A stretch of DNA of 63,931 nt, the filler included, from Reclinomonas americana ATCC 50394 (lineage: Eukaryota): NCBI GenBank assembly GCA_048213135.1. It is 7 parts of 3 records of this genome, joined end to end, with 100 filler letters (N's around TTAATTAATTAA, not from the genome) between each part and the next. Parts side by side here need not be neighbours in the genome. Positions count along the whole stretch, not along the records: positions 41,310 to 52,497 come from PS015056.1; positions 52,598 to 57,937 come from PS015056.1; positions 58,038 to 61,893 come from PS015057.1; positions 61,994 to 63,931 come from PS015060.1; 3 more parts are not named here. The stretch is one strand, 5' to 3'. The position numbers and the translations under genes are program-made. Positions 49,194 through 63,931 of this stretch are shown piece by piece. Positions within the stretch are counted from its first letter, which is position 1; the number at the start of each line of letters is the position of its first letter. The notes beneath the pieces are model-generated. The model did not search any database, was not told the DNA's origin, and was given only the letters and a program-made list of their open reading frames with translations.

Positions 49194-49342
49194 ACGAGGG
49201 CCACGGGCCGTGGATTGAACGGCCCAGACGCTACAGAACGCATTGCAGAAGCTCTGACCGAGTGGCAAACAACGTACCAGCCAGCGTAGTCAATCTTCCC
49301 CCTCTCGCGCTCTTGAGGATTGCAGCTTGCGTATGTGCGTTT

Positions 49343-53209
<3,867 letters not shown>

Positions 53210-53491
53210 GAGAGAGACAGAGAGAGTGCGCGCTCTCCACGAGCGCGCGCGAGGAAAAGGAGTGGGACGAAATGGTCGTGTCCCGCAGAAACAGATGCGT
53301 GTGCGTGCGTGCGTGTGTGTGTGTAACTCGCTGTCTGTGTGATAGGCGCAGCTGCAGCATGAGATTCAGAGAAACGTCGACGTCGACGTTGCAAGAGATA
53401 TTGACGTCGCGAGCATGCATGTCCGCCGAATAATTTCAAAGACGCACTTCAGTGCAGGTGCGCGTGCACGTGGTGACGGCACTCACTTAGC

Positions 53492-57307
<3,816 letters not shown>

Positions 57308-57741
57308 TGAGTAAACAGTGCAGCAGCGATACTGCTGTCGCTTGTAGATTCTGTGTGCAGCAAGAGGGTTGCACGAAGTGAATGTTGAAGTCAACAACAG
57401 AACGTCGGCGCTGACTAACAGAGAATGGAGGCACCCTGCTGCAAATGCAAGCGTGTAATCCAGTCGACGTTTGCATTCTTCCGAGCAGGACAGACTTATC
57501 TCCGTCAGCGTGCGTAAGAAGTGACAACAGAAGAAGAAGAAGAAGGCAAAGCGTGTTGTACAAGCATGAGGTGCGTCGTTGACTGGATCTCTGTGTGTGT
57601 GTGTGTGTGTGTGCATTCATTGTTTTCTTCTCGCTCTCTCCTTCCTCCGTCTCAAGTCAAGTTTCGTTGTCACGCAGTTGATCGTTGCAGGGTGAACGCT
57701 TTCTGCAGCGCACAGCAGGTTTGTGTCACATAAGAGTGTAA

Positions 57742-57808
<67 letters not shown>

Positions 57809-58055
57809 GAGACGACGCGACGACGACGACGACGACACGTACTACGTACGTTACGTTAACGTAACGTAAACGTAAACGTAACGTACGTACGTACGTACGT
57901 ACGTTACGTTACGTTCGGTTCGTCGGTACGTACGTACNNNNNNNNNNNNNNNNNNNNNNNNNNNNNNNNNNNNNNNNNNNNTTAATTAATTAANNNNNNN
58001 NNNNNNNNNNNNNNNNNNNNNNNNNNNNNNNNNNNNNCTCTCTCTCTCTCTACTA

Positions 58056-58124
<69 letters not shown>

Positions 58125-58303
58125 TGTTCGCCCACCCACGTCCTCCCTTCACCTCTCCTTTTCCCGAACCGGTCCCTATCTTCTTCGCTTCTTCCCTGCT
58201 TCCTCTCCGCCTCCCCTCTCCCCTCTCCCCTCTCCCCTCTCCCCCTCTCCCCCTCTCCCCCTCTCCCCTTCCCCTCCACCTCGCCTCACCACCTCCCCCA
58301 CAG

Positions 58304-60471
58304 GACGTACAACTCATGCTGTACCAATACGAAACCTGCCCGTTCTGCATGAAAGTCAAGACCTTCCTGGACTACCACAAGATCCCGTACACCACCGTCG
58401 ACGTCAACATCTCCACCTACGAAGAGATGAAGCCGTGGGCACGCATTAACAAGGTACCCTTGCTGATGGTTGATGGCAAGGAGCAAATATCGGATTCGAA
58501 TACCATTGTTAGTGTGCTGGAGGAGGACCTGTTGCGCGTCACCGAGTTGCGTCGTCTCTTTATGTTTTTGGTCCTCGTATATGGTGCTTCCTCCCAACCT
58601 CGCGACGCAGACCCCCGTCGGTCAAGGAGCAAGAGTGGCGACACATTGTCGACACGCAGATGATGAAGGCGGTGCCGCCGAACATGTATCGCACGATCAA
58701 GGAGAGCAAGGCGGCGGTGGCATACATTGTGCCGCTGACCAAGATGAATGAGTCGTGGCGGACGGTGGCGCCGTACGTCGGTGGCTTTTCGATGTATTTG
58801 GTGAGGAGCGCATGGAGGGGGGAATGGGAGGGAGCGTGAATGCTGTTTGCTCATAATCCCGCTTCATGTAAACATAGCTGGGCCGCTTCCTGAAGCGCCA
58901 GCACGAGATTGCCGATCCGCGCGCCTACATATTCTCGATTTGCAACGAAATCGCCGACGACGTGCGCATGAGCAAGCAGCCGTTCCTCGGTGGGGAGACG
59001 CCCAGCCGAGCGGATTTGATGGCGTTTGCGATTCTGCGTGCGCTGGCGCCGTATCCGTTGCGTGGATTTTGGGTGAAGGGGGGTGAAGAGGGAAAGGGTT
59101 GGGAGGGGGGCAGAAGAGAAAAGTCTGACTGATCTTGGGATCAATGATGAAGAGCAGTCATGGAGACAAGAGAGAAAATGTCGACAGGCACATCAGCTGA
59201 TTCTGGTTGACGTGTGGGGGAGGAAGAGGCCGAAAGAAATCTGCTTCGTAAGATGAGAAGTTGCATTGTGTTGAGGTTCGAGAGTGAAGAGAGAGAGAGA
59301 GAGAGACTATCCACACCAATCCTGTCTGTATTGTGAGAGTGGTAGCATGCGACTGCAATCTGCTTCGTAGAAAGAGAAGTTTAAGCGTCTTGGGTTGCAG
59401 AGAGAGAGAGAGAGAGACGAATGCAATTTNNNNNNNNNNNNNNNNNNNNGCTGCGTAGCATGAGAAGTTGCATTGTGTTGAGGTTCAAGAGAGAGAGAGA
59501 ATTAATGTCGACACACGTCAGCTGATTCTGGTCAAGTTGTGGAAGAGGAAGAGGCTTAATGCAATCTGCTTCGTAGAATGAGAAGTTGGAACGTCCTGGG
59601 GTTGCAGAGAGAGAGAGAGAGATTGAGTTTAATGTCGACACGCACATCAGCTGATTCTGGTTGAGTTGTTAGNNNNNNNNNNNNNNNNNNNNNNNNNNNN
59701 NNNNNNNNNNNNNNNNNNNNNNNNNNNNNNNNNNNNNNNNNNNNNNNNNNNNNNNNNNNNNNNNNNNNNNNNNNNNNNNNNNNNNNNNNNNNNNNNNNNN
59801 NNNNNNNNNNNNNNNNNNNNNNNNNNNNNNNNNNNNNNNNNNNNNNNNNNNNNNNNNNNNNNNNNNNNNNNNNNNNNNNNNNNNNNNNNNNNNNNNNNNN
59901 NNNNNNNNNNNNNNNNNNNNNNNNNNNNNNNNNNNNNNNAGAGGTAGCATGCGACTGCAATCCGCTTGAGAGGCTTCATTCACCGTGTATGGATTGAGAG
60001 AGAGCGCGCGGTGTATGTCGCTCGTGATCCTCTCTGTATTAGGGAGAGGTTGAGTACGACAGCAATCCGCTGCACAGAATGAGATGCTGCATGTGTTAGA
60101 GTTGCAGAGAAAGCGAGGAGGGTGTGTATGTGCGAGACAGAGAGTGTGTGTTAATCACTCGCACATGCGTTGTGGAAGAGTAGAATTGAATGCAAGCTTT
60201 GTGGGAGGTTGAGAGGTTCCATCGTGTTTGGGTTACAGGAGAGAGAGCGCGCTCCTCTGCGTTCTCTCCGCCTCCTCACCTCTCGCCTCACAGTGTGCAC
60301 GACGACATCCTGAAGAAGACTCGCATCGCCGACTGGGAGAAGCGCATGGCGGAGACCGTGGGAGAAACGTCGCGCTTGAACCCGCCGCCGGTGGCGCAGC
60401 TGCTGCCTGGCTCGGAGTCGGCCGCCGTGGCGGAAGAGGCTGCAGCACAGCCGGCAACTGCCACAGCGTAA
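58304..60471 (+). CDS. PTGES2: Prostaglandin E synthase 2-like glutaredoxin/GST-fold protein, 5'-partial
   Basis: LYQYETCPFCMKVKTFLDYHKIPY, KVPLL, ISDSNTIVS, EWRHIVD, PPNMYRT, PFLGGETPSRADL, WEKRMAE. Introns 58546-58610, 58801-58877, 59057-60293. Confidence 0.88.
59160..59965. repeat. Intronic repeat array in the PTGES2-like intron, partly in gaps
   Basis: TCAGCTGATTCTGGT three times, GCAATCTGCTTCGTAG and GGTAGCATGCGACTGCAATC repeated. Confidence 0.7.
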
Positions 60472-61757
60472 CACCGCAGGTGCGATAGTAGTGAACCGAG
60501 AAGATCGCTGTTAGACAAACGCACCAGCGGGGAAAGGTATGTTGCAAGGGGAGATGCTTTGAACATTATCGCCATGACAAGGGAGAGAATTGATCCTTTT
60601 CTGCTGGCTTTCAACGCGTTACTCTTGTATACGTGACCGTTGTAACGAGGGTCGAGCTCGAGAACCCGCTGCAGTTGAGGTATGAGGTTGATATTTTGCG
60701 CCACGAAAACCTTTCGAGGCCAACACCTGAAAGGGAAGATGACTGTGGGAGAAGTAATTATGTGTTTTGTATATTGTTGGTGTGCCAAGGTCATTGTCGG
60801 CGAGGGATTTGTGGGCGTTTATCGCATTATTGCAAAATTAACGTGGAGGAACAATGGTGGAGCTCGAAGTCAACTGCAAGTGCTGCAGAGTATTGCACGT
60901 CGTACTCCGCGGGTGGAAGGGAGAGGACTCTTTGCGTTGCTCCCCTGGAATGACAACAGCTTCGTGCAAGACGTGGAGTTGTCTCCATGTCCTCCGGGAC
61001 ACTTACAATCACATCGCCTGCTGTTGAGAGAGAAGACACAATGCGTGTCGTGGTGCGTGCGTCTGAGGTCAACATTGAGGTGGAGGAGCAGCACAATGAC
61101 TCTCTCTCTCTCTCTCTTTGTCTGTGTGTGNNNNNNNNNNNNNNNNNNNNCCATTCTCACTGTTTTTCTCATTCTCTTCTCTCACAAACTGTCCTCTTCC
61201 AGAGAAAGGAGAGACAGGCAAGAGAAAGAGGAGCGGAGAGAGAGAGAGAGTCTCCATTCTCACCGCCCTTGCTCACTTCATTCTCTTTCTCTCAAACTGT
61301 CCTCTTCCAGAGAAAGAAGGAGAGACAGGATAAGGTGGACGAACAAACGATAGAGGAGCGGAGAGAGAGAGTGTGTCTCCTTCCATTCTCAGTGTCCTTT
61401 TCTCCATTCTCTTCTCTCACACACTGTGCTCTATCAGAGACAGAGAGGAAGAGAGACAGAGGTGGATTTACGACATGAAAGACAACAGAAGAAGAGTGCG
61501 AGTCTCTCGTTCCCTTCCTCTTGTCCTTTTCTCCATTCTCTTTCTCTCACACACTGTGCTTACCAGAGACAGAGAGGGAGAGAGGGGGAGAGAGAGATGA
61601 AGTGACATAGAAGGAATGAGATCGCTGAGCAGAGCGAGAGGGAAAGAGAGGAAGAAAGCGAAGAGTCTCTCCTTCCTTCGCTCTTCCTTTCTCATTGCCA
61701 GTCTCGTGCACACGGTTCTCCACCAGAGGGAAAGTGAGACAGAGAGAGCTGCCGTTG

Positions 61758-61802
<45 letters not shown>

Positions 61803-62073
61803 CTCGTCGTCCGTACGTACGTACGACGAACGAACGAACGGAACGGAACGAACGGAACGGAACGGAACGGAACGAGGAACGGAAACGGTAAGGNNNNNNN
61901 NNNNNNNNNNNNNNNNNNNNNNNNNNNNNNNNNNNNNTTAATTAATTAANNNNNNNNNNNNNNNNNNNNNNNNNNNNNNNNNNNNNNNNNNNNTTCCCCT
62001 CCTTTCCCCTCCTTCTCCTCTCCTCTCCTCTCCCTTCCCCTTTCTCTCCCTTATCCCTTCCCCTTCTCCTCAC

Positions 62074-62944
62074 CAATTGGAGGAACGCCATGCCCAACAT
62101 CTCCACCGTGATTATCAAATTATTGATGCTCTCCGCCACATCCTGCGGCGACTCATCACCGTCCGGCTTGATCACGCCACGTTGCGCGAGACCCTGCAGG
62201 AAGATGCGCTGGACAAAGACGACGCCGATGAGGAGCTTGATGGCCAGGACTGCGGCGGGTGGCGGGTTCAGCGGAGAATGAGATACTGCCACGAGACGAG
62301 AGGAGATATGGAGCGCAACACTTGGAAATCGACTGGAACCGCAGTGGATGCAAGTCTTGGTAGATGGCTCGGAAAATCACGAGGAGGCACACGAGGCAGA
62401 CCTGCGAGACTGCAACGTGAGCAGCTCATTCTGTGAGAAGACAGGATGACTGCGTGCGACTCACTCCCGTGCTCGCGGCAATGACCACGTTGACGTAGAG
62501 GAACGCATCGTGCACGTCCAGCATGCCCATGTGGTAGACGCCCAGAAAGTACGCAATGCACGCCACGGTGCGCATCAGCGGCTTGATCAGCACTGCAAGA
62601 CAACGACGCTCAGTGTGGTCGACCAGCAAGCGCAGCAGGCATGTAAGCACAAACCGAGTTGGAAAATGCCCCACTGTTTTGAGGAAGAAAAGGTGAGAAG
62701 AAGCGCAGTATAGGGCAGTGAGCTTCTCCCTCACCTTGCAGAACGTGAGCAGCTTCTCATTGGCCGTCACTCGGCAGCAGCACACTGCGCCAACAAGAGA
62801 CGTCAACTTCAGCAGCAACCAGTCAATCGCGAAAGCCCTCACATAATCGAATCCTCTCGCCACGCTTGTTCAACGTCGACGCCACCACATCCCACCCGCC
62901 CAGTCGCTCAATCAGCAGCACAAAGAAGCAGTACAAGGCCCACG
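62074..62944 (-). CDS. TMEM184/OST-alpha family transporter, central exons
   Basis: WALYCFFVLLIERLGG, FCK|WGIFQLV|LIKP, KFLAIKLLIGVVFVQ, INNLIITVEMLGMAFLQ. It continues into the 61894 linker. Confidence 0.8.
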
Positions 62945-62982
62945 CTGCAGCGCTCAGCAGCATCAGTCGCCCTCATTCTCAC

Positions 62983-63027
<45 letters not shown>

Positions 63028-63312
63028 NNNNNNNNNNNNNNNNNNNNNNNNNNNNNNNNNNNNNNNNNNNNNNNNNNNNNNNNNNNNNNNNNNNNNNNNN
63101 NNNNNNNNNNNNNNNNNNNNNNNNNNNNNNNNNNNNNNNNNNNNNNNNNNNNNNNNNNNNNNNNNNNNNNNNNNNNNNNNNNNNNNNNNNNNNNNNNNNN
63201 NNNNNNNNNNNNNNNNNNNNNNNNNNNNNNNNNNNNNNNNNNNNNNNNNNNNNNNNNNNNNNNNNNNNNNNNNNNNNNNNNNNNNNNNNNNNNNNNNNNN
63301 NNNNNNNNNNNN

Positions 63313-63396
<84 letters not shown>

Positions 63397-63595
63397 TCTC
63401 TCGCTTACTCACTGCATCACTGTCATTCTTGCACTCATTCTTGCATTCCTCACTGCGTCGTTGTACACATTCTTGCATTCCTCTCTCACTCTCCTTCCTT
63501 TCCTCGTTTCTCACTCCTTCCTTCCCTCGTTTCTCACTCTCCCTTCTCCCTCTCCTCCCCCTCCCTTCTCCCTCCCTCCCTCCCTCACCCCACAG

Positions 63596-63843
63596 TGGCC
63601 ATCCTCATCACCATCTTCAACATGATCAAACACTCTCGCCACTGGACCACCCCCAAGCTGCAGACACTCACCCTTCAAATCCTCCTCTACGTCCCGTTAC
63701 GTCTCCCCTTCCTCCCCCCTTACCTCCTGCCTTTCCCTCTGTTCACTCTCTCCACACCAGTGTCTACGCACTGGCCGCCTGGTTCTCCGCCGCCTTTATC
63801 AGTGTCTCCACGTACCTCGAGCTGCCACGAGACATATGGGAAT
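63596..63843 (+). CDS. TMEM184/OST-alpha family transporter, N-terminal exons (opposite strand to the central exons)
   Basis: Exons 63596-63695 and 63761-63843 give AILITIFNMIKHSRHWTTPKLQ...QILLYVPVYALAAWFS...YLELPRDIWE, the typical TMEM184 N-terminal segment. Confidence 0.78.
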
Positions 63844-63931
63844 GTTGCGTTGTCTCTCGTCTCGTCTCGTCTCGTCTCGTCTCGTCTCGTCTCGTCTCTC
63901 TTTCTTTCTTTCTTTCTCTCTCTCTCTCTCT

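Noticed and set aside
57807-57937. ACGT/TACG-cycling quasi-repeat (also at 39621-39645, 41310-41355, 52615-52680, 61800-61893)
   Set aside because: Always at contig ends beside microsatellites and follows a T-A-C-G order, which is typical of dephased pyrosequencing read tails.
60500-61090. Kinase-like words (LRHENL, VGEGFVGVYR) and 168-223 aa ORFs
   Set aside because: The motifs are out of order and incomplete. At most a decayed fragment, and not supportable.

Overview
Eukaryotic, gene-dense and intron-rich genomic DNA, most likely from a flagellated protist (it encodes LRRC49). The organism cannot be named from this window. It is a draft assembly with many N-gaps, six 100-nt artificial linkers containing TTAATTAATTAA, and pyrosequencing-like TACG noise at contig ends. 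I reconstructed about 15 spliced genes by hand: a Rheb-like GTPase exon, a GH5 endoglycoceramidase-like enzyme, LAS1, LRRC49, a homeobox gene, an ALA2-like P4-ATPase, phytochelatin synthase, a rolling-stone-like membrane protein, an F-box/WD40/KH/RGG protein, an ankyrin-IRAK/Pelle-like kinase, PTGES2-like, TMEM184-like and three uncharacterised genes. The main discovery is a two-register 5' splice-site code. Exons ending in G mostly use ordinary G|GTnnGn donors (G at +5). Exons ending in A, C or T almost always use a one-base-longer donor, |GTTnnGn (mostly GTTGCGT; T at +3, G at +6). By hand count there are about 39 such sites against 4 exceptions. All gene models and counts are manual and have no RNA-seq support.
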